Shown here one piece after another: positions 51,363-62,585 of a stretch of DNA of 64,000 bases. Where the stretch lies: IMG/VR virus record IMGVR_UViG_3300042517_001086. One strand, given 5' to 3'. Each line of letters starts with the position of its first letter. The first letter of the stretch is position 1. The notes beneath the pieces are model-generated. The model saw nothing but the letters and a program-made list of their open reading frames with translations. It had not been told where the DNA came from and did no database searches. Origin of the DNA: an uncultured virus (IMG/VR IMGVR_UViG_3300042517_001086) (taxonomy: Duplodnaviria > Heunggongvirae > Uroviricota > Caudoviricetes). The translations under genes and the position numbers were made by a program.

Positions 51363-52145
51363 TCATGACCACAACTCCTTACGGATTTTAATTAGTTCAA
51401 TGAGCATTTTTGTATCTTCTTTTTCGTAGTCTGCTTCAATCTTTTCAAGCTTTTTAAATTCCAGTAGTTCTTTTTTAGATATCTTTCCACCCATCAAGTT
51501 GTCTTCTTTATTCTGATCCCAGTTTAATCCAGCAACAGTCATTGGTTCTGGTCGATTAGGACGATCTTTCCACCAGAGATAAAGTTCTTTAATCTTTTGT
51601 GCAGAGATGGCTTGGTGGGTTGGTTTTCCGTACTTTGGGTCTTTTTTATCTACTCCCCAATCTTTGGTATACTTTAAAGAACAAGCCCACTTTAGATAAG
51701 CTAATCCTGCTTCAATTGATCGACCATGTTTGAACTTGTATTTTTTAGTACCTTTTTTAAGAGACCATTTTGCTAGGTGTGCATATTCAATCTCTACAAA
51801 ATCCACAAGCTCATTAAATAACCCATGAAGAATTCTATAATCAAGCTCATAGTAATGTCCTGGCTTTAGTCTAGTTTTTAGATAGTGTGTTTTAGTTATC
51901 CAACGATTGTTGATATAGTATCTAATCTCAGTGTAAACGTCCACAGGAAACATGATCAAATCCTGTAGTTTAGGTAATACTTCTTCTGCCAGCCAATATC
52001 TTACTGGTCTTTTCTTTTTTTGTTTTTTATTCCATTCGTCCCATTTGCCCCACTCTAAAGCAAAGGGTTTCTTCTCTCCGCGAATAAAATCCGCGAACCT
52101 AGAACAATTCCAATGATGAACTCTTGATTTTGGTCTTAGCCACAT
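51363..52145 (-). CDS. conserved phage hypothetical protein
   Basis: 260-aa ORF with LVDFVE.E, ELY.WW, LIKIR..LW patterns. Confidence 0.65.
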   Translation of the reverse strand: MWLRPKSRVHHWNCSRFADFIRGEKKPFALEWGKWDEWNKKQKKKRPVRYWLAEEVLPKLQDLIMFPVDVYTEIRYYINNRWITKTHYLKTRLKPGHYYELDYRILHGLFNELVDFVEIEYAHLAKWSLKKGTKKYKFKHGRSIEAGLAYLKWACSLKYTKDWGVDKKDPKYGKPTHQAISAQKIKELYLWWKDRPNRPEPMTVAGLNWDQNKEDNLMGGKISKKELLEFKKLEKIEADYEKEDTKMLIELIKIRKELWS

Positions 52146-52963
52146 AATTTATTCCTGTACTTTAGTTCCAATATCATAAGGATATCCATCTTCTACTTCT
52201 TCACTATAAGTATCTTCATAATGATTATCCCACCAAGGAATTTTACTATCTGGTAATGTACTCATGATTAAAATTGAAATTCTTTTAGGATATTTAATAT
52301 TCGTCGTGCTAATGCAGCACCACCGACAATTCTACCATCATTATAATCTTCACCATATCCAGCACTAGCCTCATGATCTTTTTGTGCTTTGATCTTTTGG
52401 TTACACAATTTCATAATTTCAAGTATGCTAGTTTTTTCTTTGTCGTTCATACAAATAATCTATCCTGCAATAGTTTTCTAACTGTTTCTGTTACATTAAT
52501 CCCATTAAGTATAATGTCGTCAGAGCCATAAGGATTACTTGGCATCTTTTTAGCAACCGTATTGTATAGCCAAAATATAACAAACCGCTCATTTTCTGTC
52601 ACAGAATGGCCTCCTTGGTTTCCTCATCAAGAACAGGATTATCAAAAGATTCTATTAGTCTTTGTAGGGTAACTTTAAGATCTTCTAAGCCTTCTTCCAT
52701 AATTCTAATAGGTTCTTCTGTCCAGCCTTTTACTTTCCCATCTTCATCATAATAAACTTCATGGATAGCATAATAAATACTGTCATCATCAATATGTCTA
52801 ATTATTCTATGATTCCACATGATATAATCCTTTGTATTAAAGCAGAATTGGTTTTGGTCATTTACGAAAACTTTTCTGCAAACAAAACCTACGGCTGTTG
52901 ATTATTGAGGATACCCGCGACCCCAACCTTTCGGCATCAACATTTTAATTATACTACCCGATA

Positions 52964-53575
52964 CTAGACTGTCAATAGTTCAGTTTCCAATTCGTTTAAA
53001 CATCTGAAATCCGTACCACTTATATTCATATTCCAACTCTTATGATAATGACCAAATCGCCATTTCTTAGGTTGATGAATATTAAATAGCTCTTGCAAAG
53101 CCCATCCTGTTAGGTTCTCATATTTTCTTTGGTTGGAATCTAGTATTTGTAAACTAACTTCGTCTGGACAATCATGAGTTAAAACAATATCAGGCTTGAT
53201 CTGTCTATAAAGCTCTCTGGCCTTCAAGAATTGATCAATAGTAACCTGTTCTTGCTGCCACCAATTTATTCCAATAGTTCGATCTTGACGATCAATACTA
53301 TAGGCTCCACGATAAAAAAAGAAGGATATTCCATTCAATGTGGTAAAACCATAATCTCCCAAGTAATGAGGAATATGAATAATCCTATCATAATGATCAT
53401 GATTTCCTCCTATGATCTTGTGTTTTTCATCGTCCACATTAAATACTGTACCATAATCAAAACCAAAATCTCCTAATTGAATAGTATATGGATGACGATC
53501 TTTTTCTCTGATAATTTCATGGTAGCGTTTATATTTACCATGAACGTCGCCAATAAGAGTTATTGAATCTTTCAT
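52964..53575 (-). CDS. metallophosphoesterase
   Basis: IGDVHG, QLGDFG, GNHD, GAYSID, THDCP, FGHYH. Confidence 0.9.
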   Translation of the reverse strand: MKDSITLIGDVHGKYKRYHEIIREKDRHPYTIQLGDFGFDYGTVFNVDDEKHKIIGGNHDHYDRIIHIPHYLGDYGFTTLNGISFFFYRGAYSIDRQDRTIGINWWQQEQVTIDQFLKARELYRQIKPDIVLTHDCPDEVSLQILDSNQRKYENLTGWALQELFNIHQPKKWRFGHYHKSWNMNISGTDFRCLNELETELLTV

Positions 53576-54039
53576 ACTCCATCCAAAGGATCGTTTTCAT
53601 AAGGATAACTAAACGGCCCTAAAACACTTTTTCTTTTTTCTTTCAGTAAATCAATTACATCATTGAAGCACGACTCGCACAGATCAACCTCAAATCTTGA
53701 TCCATCATTCTTTGAGCCATATCCCCAACAAGATTCAAGAGTGGCATAATCTGGCCCAACATCTGGATAGTTAGTGGTACTTTTCCCACAAGCATCACAT
53801 GAAACGTCATCAAGAACTTTTCTAATTTCTTCTTTAAATGTTCTCATTACCATCTTCGTGACGGGTCACGCCTTTTTGGTTTCTTATTTTTAAGTTTAGT
53901 CATAGACCAACCGTATGGTACTGTATTGTATTGACTTTTAGAAAGGCCAATATATTCTGCCCAGTAATCCATAGTTTTTTTGTATCCATCAATAATAACG
54001 TCTTTGGAACAAGTTTTCTTCAACAAATCTTCAAAACTC

Positions 54040-54201
54040 TTAGCCATTGTTAATAATCTCCAGAATAGTTTCTGCTAGTGTTGAACGCCCAACAATTCGT
54101 CCATCCTCATAAGGATCATTATAACTAGATTTTTGACTCCAACATTGCATAATACCCAAGCACATTCGCCTAATTTCTTCCAGTTTTTCTTCTTTAGTCA
54201 T
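54040..54201 (-). CDS. small protein below the track cut-off; paralogue of 52268-52450
   Basis: manual translation ...DPYEDGRIVGRSTLAETILEII versus EDYNDGRIVGGAALARRILNIL. Confidence 0.6.
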   Translation of the reverse strand: MTKEEKLEEIRRMCLGIMQCWSQKSSYNDPYEDGRIVGRSTLAETILEIINNG

Positions 54202-55428
54202 TTTCTACCTCTGTTGGAATATAGAGCGGTTGTTTAATATTGCATCGTCCAAGAGCAATTCTAACGCCCAGCTTTTTATTATAGTTTTCTTTCTTGCTAC
54301 AAATAGCCAGCCCTTCGTAATGATCACCAGATGGACTGTCAATTACAATTTGAGTTGATCCACCTTTAGTATCTGGATCAACAGGCCCATAACCATGATC
54401 TCCACTAGGCTTGCTACCTACTTGCCACTTATAGTAGCCGTTATAAAGACGATTATGAAGAACCCTAACCTTGTAGCCATCATTACGAAGCTGTTGAATT
54501 GTCATATTTTCTCCAATTTATTAATGTAGACCACAAACTTCCACTGTACGAGTGATAATAATAGTATTATATTCCTGCAAAAAACTATTTAGATCATCTT
54601 GTTTAATAACTAGTTCACAGTTATTCTGACCGATAAAATACTTGTCAAGCAAATTTTGAACTTTTTGTTGAACTGTTGGACTCATTAGATTTTCTCCAAG
54701 GTATGCCCTAGTATACTACAGTATCGGCGTTTGTCAACAACCAACTTTAAAAATCAGCTAGGAACTTTTTCTTTGTAGTCCTTTACTTCTGCTATGAGTT
54801 TTTTCAGTTTTTCATTATCTTTCAAATCAGATAACGTATAGTTAACTCTACGATTTTGTCTAGAGTCTGGATTCATGTCGCCCAAAAACAAAATACTAAT
54901 AGCTAAACCGGAACTAACAATTAAAGTAATTATTAGCCCTGCAAAAAAAATAAACATTTCCATGATTAATCTCCCTTATAAGAGAATAGATTACCAAGAC
55001 TAAGAATACTAGGAACCCACAAACCTACAAAAAGTCCACTATCTTTAGCCTCTGGCATACCACTGAACCAAAGACCAACACTAAGAGCAAAGCTCAAAAA
55101 AGCAGCAACCAAAACACTAATCTTAAAAACGCTCATAATAAAACTCCGGTTTGTGTTTGTTAAAATAACCTTTCGATACCCTTGCATTATACATCGTCAT
55201 ACTCAGCAGTCAACTTGAATTTTTAGGTATTGTCCTTATAAAGACCAACGCTCACTCCAGAATCAGCACTTTGATAATACTCTCCCTTACGATATTCTGG
55301 AAAATCAACTTCATTGACCCCAAATCCTATCCTAAGATACTCATTAGCATGAATCTCTCCCTGAAAATAATCGTCAAATACTTTCACTTGTTCGATAGTT
55401 GAATTTCTAGCCACAATAAAAACCCATC

Positions 55429-55818
55429 TCATGTAAATTTCTCCAAAAGGCAGTCTTTAGCGTAAATTATACCACGTTTAACTGGAGGGTCAACTGGATT
55501 TTCAAATTTATTGACAGATTTTACAACCCATCCAAACTTAGGCTTATCATCTTTCCAACCATACTCATTAGTAATATGAACACAATGTCTTTCATAATCA
55601 AAAGCCCAGTGACCTTTATTCTGATATTGAAAACAATGACTAAAAGTTATGGTTCCGATAATTCTACTCTTAAACTTAGCCGATTTCCCCGGAGTTTCAA
55701 TTAGTGCCAACTCAACTCCCTCTAATCTTGTGGGGAGTCGATAGGAGCGGGTTTCGACCGTTTTCTGACCATTAATTAAAAGGGTAGACCACGGGGCTTG
55801 AATATTTAAACCAGTCAC
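55429..55818 (-). CDS. ASCH-domain protein
   Basis: LNIQAPW..L.INGQKTVETR. Confidence 0.8.
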   Translation of the reverse strand: MTGLNIQAPWSTLLINGQKTVETRSYRLPTRLEGVELALIETPGKSAKFKSRIIGTITFSHCFQYQNKGHWAFDYERHCVHITNEYGWKDDKPKFGWVVKSVNKFENPVDPPVKRGIIYAKDCLLEKFT

Positions 55819-55904
55819 GAATTACTAAGCTCCAAACTGACATTTAGGACATCTTTTCCAATTACTACCACAAATTTTGCAAACCGCTCTATAAAACATA
55901 GTCA

Positions 55905-56363
55905 TCATTTATGTTCCTGATCGTATTCCTTTTGAGTCATATACGAACCATCTTTCTTCACTGTAGTAAATTGGCCCATTCCCATACATTTTTCACAAGC
56001 CGCCATATCTATTTTCGGCCCAGCAGCACCATATTCTTGAAGCAAAATCTTGTATTTGTTCTGAACAATATCGCAATAATCGTAACCATCACCATAGGGT
56101 AGTCTAACACACTTTTCACACTTGTCAACCATAAGATGATGATTTATGAATAATGCCAAACTAGCATCCATCATGAGTTTATTAACGTCTGTTGGATATT
56201 CTCCAGAGCCTTTACATTGATTGCAAGTTATCAGTGGTGGTTCTGATAGTTTTTGTACTTTCTTTTTGTGGATAGGATTAAGAACAAAAATAGAGAATAA
56301 TAACCCTATAACTGTTCCTAATACTATTATTGTTGGTTTAATATCAAAATTAGTTTCGTTCAT
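55905..56363 (-). CDS. membrane-anchored protein with DnaJ-type CxxCxGxG motifs
   Basis: N-terminal TM helix, CNQCKGSG and CEKCMGMG. Confidence 0.6.
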   Translation of the reverse strand: MNETNFDIKPTIIVLGTVIGLLFSIFVLNPIHKKKVQKLSEPPLITCNQCKGSGEYPTDVNKLMMDASLALFINHHLMVDKCEKCVRLPYGDGYDYCDIVQNKYKILLQEYGAAGPKIDMAACEKCMGMGQFTTVKKDGSYMTQKEYDQEHK

Positions 56364-56999
56364 AAAGAATCCTTAATATTTTACTTGCCATATGAGATAT
56401 TCCCGCCTCTAATCCTTCTGAATATGTTAATTTTTTACTACCCTCAAGCACCTTCATAAACTCTATAGTATCAAGATAAGGCCCGAATGGTTCAGCAGCC
56501 TCTTCTTTGCATAAATCTTCTATCTTTTCTATTTTAGTGATAAGATAGAGTAATTGTTTTTGAAAATCTTTAGTCGTTGTCATTTTCCTTGTAGTAAATT
56601 ACTACTTTGGTTCCATAATCAGTAGTTACTTTAATTTTATAAGGATCATAAGAAACTTTTAAGTGATGACACAAATCCTCACCAGCTCTTAATACTTCTT
56701 TTAGAGTTGGGGATTGTAGATAAATATCATTATCTTTCGATATATCAAATGTTTTCATTTGTGTATGCTTTCATTATCGACAAAAATTGTTCTATACTTT
56801 TTTGTGTAGTTTCTTTTGTGTCTCCATAATCTATAAATAACCATCCATTCAATTCTGACCATATAAATAATTTAGTTGGACAATCAGAAATCTTAAACAA
56901 TTTACCATTATATTCTAATATACAAGATATTAGGGTATTGCCATCTATTTGAGATCGTCTTTCGTTAATGATTCTCATACTACTTGTAATATTCCTATA

Positions 57000-57085
57000 G
57001 TTAACCCCGCCCCGCCTACTCTGTCGGCAATTAGCCTAGTTGATCTACGCACTAAGCGTAAACATTCGACGGGAACAGGGTTAAC
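57000..57085 (-). ncRNA. unclassified intergenic structured RNA
   Basis: GC-rich island; GTTAACCC/GGGTTAAC closing helix extended by G.U pairs on the - strand; two internal hairpins. Confidence 0.55.
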
Positions 57086-59449
57086 ATTTTTATGTTATTC
57101 TAGTCCTAGTTCTTGATCAAGTTGGCTCAATTTATTTAGTGCTTGTAGTCGCTGATAGTTCAAACCCGCCGCAAATCCACATTGGAAATAATAAAAATCA
57201 TTAGGAGTTCCTTCATGATCTCCCTCTAGCCATACTTCTTCTGCTAATTGTTTGGCTTGGTCATAGCCAGACTGAATACTTTCTTTTTGTTTTTGTTGCC
57301 AAGTTTTTTTCATTTTTTCTCCAGTTCATTTACTCTGTCTTGTAATCCTTGATAGTCAATCATGGGTTTATTACAACCCTCCAGCATATTCTGAATCTCA
57401 GTTTTCAACTCATCAACAGTTTCACACATAAATACAGGCATAGAGCGAATATAAGTAATATCCCCATTCTCGCCAACAAATACTTTTTTAATCCCAAAAA
57501 CTATCTTAGGATCATAGCGAAGATGCTTATGTGTTTGTATTTCTTTGCTAATTCGGTATTCCCAGCCCATTATTTTGTCCTTTTAGGAGACTTTTTAGAT
57601 TTCACAGTAGATTTATTTTGTTCATTTATTTCTGGAAGATTCAACTCATCGAACTGTGCTGATTTAATAGCATCTAACATCTTATTCAGATTTTGTAGTC
57701 TTGTGACCAATTCCTCCCCAACATTAATTTGTTCGTTAGAACTCATATCATTTTTTCCAGAGTTTCTTGGCTATTCATGAGTCACCACAATCTTCACACC
57801 ATCAAATTCATGACGATCACAAGAATCATACATTCCACATGAATATGGTTTATTGATAACGACAAAATCAAAATTAAAATCTCCGCTCAACTTATGCTCT
57901 TTAGTCAAATGATCAAAAAGAATAGTTTGAACATCTTGGACACTGAGAACAATTTCTTTCTTGTTTTGAATTTTCATAATAGATAGTATTCTTTAAGAGT
58001 TTGATATAGATTGTTGACTTGATTTTCGTCCACTCTGAGTTCAGTAGGGTCACTACTATTATAGCTAAAAACCCTGATCAAGTAAGGTTTATTCTTCAAA
58101 AGTTCATTGTAATGAATCTCAACAATATCATATTCAAGAATCAAAGTTCTTAATAGAGTCATTATTATTTTTACTTAAATTCCTAAGACACTCACTATCT
58201 TGTTTCATAATCTCTCTAGCAATTTCCATTTGCTTGTTATTATTTGTTCTTTCTAATAGATTGCGTAGGGGCATCATCTTGACAAAATCTCTGTCGAGGA
58301 CGGGTAACGACAAACACCACTCAATCGCCTCAATTTCTTCGTTAGTCAAAGTTATTGGTTCTTGTTTAGTCATAATATATGAGCATTTGTGTGTGTTTTA
58401 TGATATCAAGTGATAATATGTTATCGTTTGCAAGACAAAGTGAGTATACCATAGGTATCGGATGTTGTCAAGACTCACTTGAATCAAAATCTAATAGGTC
58501 GGGGTTAATAAGGTCAATCATATAGTCTTTTGTAGCAGCCAACATAATTTCATCACCCACATCAACTAGAAGATCACTAAGATCAGATATAATTAGATCA
58601 ACCAGATTATGAACTGCCGCAAAATCATTACGATCAAGATTTTTCAGTTCTTTTTTTATATTAATTTGCACTAAAACATCCTTTTAATTTCTAGTGGCTT
58701 ATTTTCGATAATCTCAATAAGAACATTAGTAGATTGATTCACAGCATAAATGAAGGATGCCATAGCAGGGTCATCGACTTTGTGTTTGGCAAATACTCTA
58801 CATAGTTCTTTCATCTCTTTTAGTAAAGTAAGACAATCCTCTTTATTATCTTCACTAGTCATTAAAACAACTCCCCATATCCATTCCACCAATCATAAAT
58901 TCGTATACAAGCCATATATCCTAGTATACCAAATAATACAAGTCCAGCCATTATTTATTCTCCTTGTCTCTCCACAAAGGATAATCATTTTCATTTTTAG
59001 CCAATTTGTTCGCTAAATTCACTATCTCTCTTTCGCTCCAACCGCTAAAATGCCCTCTCATATGTATTTGGGTCAATTCATTACTACGAGTATTCTCATA
59101 ATATTTCTGGACTGCTTCTATCCAAGCTTTAGTTGCTAGTTGTAGCGGATTTTCGGTCATTATTTATTCTCCAAAACTTCTTTCAAAAGATTAACAGCAG
59201 TCTCAAGCCACAAATCATAATCAGCCATATTAAAATCATTCTCAGTATTATCATAATCTACAATAAAGTTCCTGATATTACTTTTCAGTTTATCGTTCAT
59301 GGGTTGTCCTCCAAATTAGGTGTATTATATGATGTTGAGGGTGTGGTCAGACACTTTTGACACTACAATACAAACGATTATACTCGACGCCCAAGCTGTT
59401 GTCAACTGACCTTGACTCTGCTTGGGTTGTTGTTTTAATAGGCTAATTT

Positions 59450-60139
59450 ATGGACACTAAATTTTGTAATAAATGTAAAGAAGAAAAACCTTTTACTTGT
59501 TTTCATAAGAAAAAAAGGCCGAATAATGAAAATGGATTAGCTCATGCCTGTAAAATATGTTTAAACAAATACTACAAAGAATATCACTTAAATAACAAAG
59601 AAAAAAGAAAGGAAAAATCTAAAACATGGTATTTGAATAATAAAGACAAGTTAATAGAAATGAATAAAACATATCATTCAAATAATAGAGACAAAAGATT
59701 ACAAAAACAGAAAGAATACTACTTAATTAATAGAGAAAAAATTATTGAACAAAATAAAATTTATGCCACAAATAATAGAGACAAAATTAATAAAAGGACT
59801 ATTGAGAATTGTCGTAAAAACCCATTGCTTAAATTAAAGAAATCACTCAGAGGTAGATTGTATCAAGCCTTAGCTCATGGACTAAAATCTGAGTCGTCTA
59901 TTGAATTGGTAGGATGTTCTATTGAGAAATTAAAACTGCATTTAGAGTCTCAATTTAAAGAAGGTATGAGTTGGGAAAACTGGTCATTTAAAGGATGGCA
60001 CGTTGACCATATTCGCCCAATATCATCTTTCGATTTCTCTGATCCTGAGCAAGTTAAACAATGCTTCAATTACTCAAATCTTCAGCCATTATGGGCCAAA
60101 GATAATTTGTTAAAAGGAAGCAAATTCATTTCTGATTGA
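59450..60139 (+). CDS. HNH homing endonuclease inserted in antisense orientation
   Basis: GMSWENW...WHVDHIRP.SSFD...CFNYSNLQPLWA.DN; paralogue of 37290-37910. Confidence 0.85.
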   Translation: MDTKFCNKCKEEKPFTCFHKKKRPNNENGLAHACKICLNKYYKEYHLNNKEKRKEKSKTWYLNNKDKLIEMNKTYHSNNRDKRLQKQKEYYLINREKIIEQNKIYATNNRDKINKRTIENCRKNPLLKLKKSLRGRLYQALAHGLKSESSIELVGCSIEKLKLHLESQFKEGMSWENWSFKGWHVDHIRPISSFDFSDPEQVKQCFNYSNLQPLWAKDNLLKGSKFISD

Positions 60140-60400
60140 TTTGTTTTTGATTTGGGTTTACTTACCACTAAAAGCTATTTGATTACTCCCTTTACGGGCA
60201 TTAATCCCACAGATATGACGTAGCATAATGTGAGCATTATTGATTTCAAAGCCCGGTTTGTCCTTCTTTTGGTCAATATAATATTGGATCATAGAGGCTA
60301 AAAGATCTAGTTCACTGTTGGTTAATTGAATCTGTTTATACATCCTAAAACCTCAAATTTCCCCTGCATTATTACTTTTACTACCCGTATCCACCATAGC

Positions 60401-60475
60401 AGTATATCACAAAGAATCGCTTTCGTCAAGTATCGACATAGGGGGCTTGACAACTTTATTCAAATCCTGTACAAT
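60401..60475. promoter_or_regulatory. divergent sigma70 promoter pair
   Basis: - strand TTGACG-N17-TATACT (60429-60401); + strand TTGACA-N17-TACAAT (60447-60475). Confidence 0.7.
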
Positions 60476-61109
60476 TAGCCTGTTATCCCACAAATTTCAC
60501 CACGGGATAAGATAATAAGTGGATTTTAATACTTTTAGCCGATAAATAGGTGATATTAGCTAAGAACAACCTCACTTGAGCGTACTCTGGGATTGTTCAG
60601 ATGTATAAGTTGATGATTGTTGGGGTACTGATAATGATTTTGTAAGATAATAATGTACAGAAACCATAGAAACTATAGTAACTAGAGCCACAAAAACTAG
60701 ATTCTTAATGAAAGGAACGTGAAATTCTTCAAATTTTGATTTACTCATAATTATCGTCCTTATTGAAAAGATACTCTAAATAGTCTATCAAAAACGAATG
60801 AATTGTGATGCAGGCAAGAATTATCCATGCTCCGTGTAAAATAAGGGGATCATTCTCAATCATTTAAAGCTCTCAGTATTCTGTAAAAGATGGCCGATAG
60901 GGCTAAGAGTAGTATGAGGATTATGAATATTCTGGTAGGATCATCATGAATGAATGTGGGGCAAATTGGTCTTTTAACAATATTAGTTACCTGAGCTATC
61001 ATTGTCGTCTTTCCTTGATAGATAGGAGACAAAATATAAACTCCCAAAATATACTGCTGATTCTACTAGGATCAAGGATATCATAAAGAATCCTAAGATA
61101 CGGAATATC

Positions 61110-61277
61110 TCATTCATAACCAAAAACTTTCTTAATTAAGCCCAGAAAATATTCTGATTTAGTTTCAGTCTTTGGTTCAACCTGCTCAATTTTGTCACAA
61201 CTTTTCGGAGCACAATTCTTTTTACAAACTTTCTTAGAGCAGGCTTTCTTTTTAGGACTAGATTTCTTTTTTGCCAT
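61110..61277 (-). CDS. small Lys/Cys-rich basic protein
   Basis: MAKKKSSPKKKACSKKVCKKNC; GAGGA RBS upstream. Confidence 0.55.
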   Translation of the reverse strand: MAKKKSSPKKKACSKKVCKKNCAPKSCDKIEQVEPKTETKSEYFLGLIKKVFGYE

Positions 61278-61287
61278 AGTACAAATC

Positions 61288-61335
61288 CTCGCTGACTGTT
61301 TCCATAAATTCCAAATCGGAAGTTTTAGGTGAGAC
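61288..61335. repeat. 48-bp dispersed repeat, copy 1
   Basis: YTCGCTGACT-N4-CCA-N6-CCAAA-N9-TTAG-N2-GAKAC. Confidence 0.85.
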
Positions 61336-61587
61336 ACATAAGCTATATATCTCAAGAGTATTATAAAGAGGCCAGACTACTCTATCAAGATTTATTCAGT
61401 CTTAAATTCCAACTTGGGTATCAGACTATCAGTATCAGCGGACACTTTCTTAATGTCGATAACTATTAGAGTATCAGACATGTCAGGACTATTTTGTTGA
61501 TATTTTAGTATGGCCTGATGAATCTTTTGACAAATATGCTCACAATTCATCTGAGATTCTATTTTAATGGTTGTTATCATACTAAAG

Positions 61588-61635
61588 TTCGCTGACTATA
61601 TCCATAAAATCCAAACCGACTTTATTAGCTGATAC
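61588..61635. repeat. 48-bp dispersed repeat, copy 2
   Basis: same ungapped consensus. Confidence 0.85.
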
Positions 61636-61651
61636 AATTGAGACTATTAAA

Positions 61652-61723
61652 AGCAAGAGAAGAGACTCGAACTCTCAACATTCAGGTTGGAAACCTAACG
61701 CTCTACCATTGAGCTACTCTTGC
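61652..61723 (-). tRNA. trnG: tRNA-Gly(UCC)
   Basis: GCAAGAG/CTCTTGC-T acceptor, GCTC/GAGC D-arm, TTAGG-TT-TCC-AA-CCTGA anticodon arm, TTCGA T-loop. Confidence 0.92.
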
Positions 61724-61732
61724 CTGAAGATA

Positions 61733-62077
61733 TTATCTCCAAGACCTTACTCTATACCATTTACCATTCTTACCTTGTGCTGACGCATCTCCTGTTAGTC
61801 TCATATTGTTACCTGGAGTACAAGTGTTACAATTGGGAGACGAACCATAACCAACTCCTTCAAAGCTACCAATAACACCCCACACATGACCAGTAATGTT
61901 ATTAGCTGCCATATGATTAGCTTCGGCCTGACAACGTTCCTGATCATTATTTCCAACATAGTTTTTTGTATAACTTTCTACCCGATAAGTTGGCTGACTA
62001 TAATACTTTGGTCGAGCCGCCTCTGCGGTAAAAGTAGTGACAAAAACTAGAGCAATTGCAATCATAAAAATCTTCAT
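61733..62077 (-). CDS. exported Cys/His-containing small protein (CAP-like fragment)
   Basis: signal peptide ...TAEA; CQAEANHMA...GH...FEGVG...G.WYRVR.W. Confidence 0.6.
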   Translation of the reverse strand: MKIFMIAIALVFVTTFTAEAARPKYYSQPTYRVESYTKNYVGNNDQERCQAEANHMAANNITGHVWGVIGSFEGVGYGSSPNCNTCTPGNNMRLTGDASAQGKNGKWYRVRSWR

Positions 62078-62111
62078 AAGTTCCTCCGTGAAAGTAATAA
62101 GTCTATTTAAG

Positions 62112-62137
62112 AAAAGACCCCCGAGTTTATTCGGGGG
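62112..62137 (-). terminator. intrinsic terminator
   Basis: CCCCCGA-ATAAAC-TCGGGGG-TCTTTT on the - strand. Confidence 0.7.
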
Positions 62138-62203
62138 AATTCTCTAATGATCTATAATCAAACAAATCTGTCCTATGATCCTTTTGATTATCGACCATGA
62201 ATA

Positions 62204-62419
62204 TTAACGAACAACACTGCGAACGCGAGCTACAGTTCTTCGACCAACATTACGGGTAGCCTCAACTGTTCGGCGTGTTACTTCTACTGGGACTGAAATA
62301 ACTTCCCTAGTAACATTGACAACTCGACTTCGTAGTGTACAATTGCCACTAGCACACTCACCAGCATAGGTTGACGAACCAAGAACCATAAGAGCAAACA
62401 CAAGAACAAACTTAATCAT
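62204..62419 (-). CDS. exported small protein with CxxGxC motif and Arg/Val-rich tail
   Basis: MIKFVLVFALMVLGSSTYA-GECASGNC...; AGGAG RBS. Confidence 0.65.
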   Translation of the reverse strand: MIKFVLVFALMVLGSSTYAGECASGNCTLRSRVVNVTREVISVPVEVTRRTVEATRNVGRRTVARVRSVVR

Positions 62420-62537
62420 AAACTTTCTCCTGTTGAAGTAATGTCGCGTCCCTGCGACTGTCATTTATGTTATAGTAAGTTCGGGGGATATGTGGTCAAG
62501 TTGCAGCCTATTACCATTTTTTAACTGACCCTCTAAT

Positions 62538-62585
62538 CTCGCTGACTATCACCAACAAAACCAAATCCGGAGGATTAGCCGAGAC
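62538..62585. repeat. 48-bp dispersed repeat, copy 3
   Basis: same consensus, preceded by TTTTTTAACTGACCC. Confidence 0.85.

Larger units (their letters stand above)
47365..59300 (-). other. array of short, tightly packed early-type hypothetical genes
   Basis: many 50-150 aa ORFs with overlapping stop/start codons, interspersed with TTGACA/TATAAT-type promoters (50018, 50943, 52975, 54737, 55213, 58471). Confidence 0.8.

Noticed and set aside
57000..57085. Hammerhead or twister ribozyme, or terminator
   Set aside because: No CUGANGA/GAAA core or recognisable twister motifs; multi-stem with no U-tract
60483..60492. DnaA box (TTATCCCACA)
   Set aside because: Single imperfect match that is part of a hairpin; no cluster
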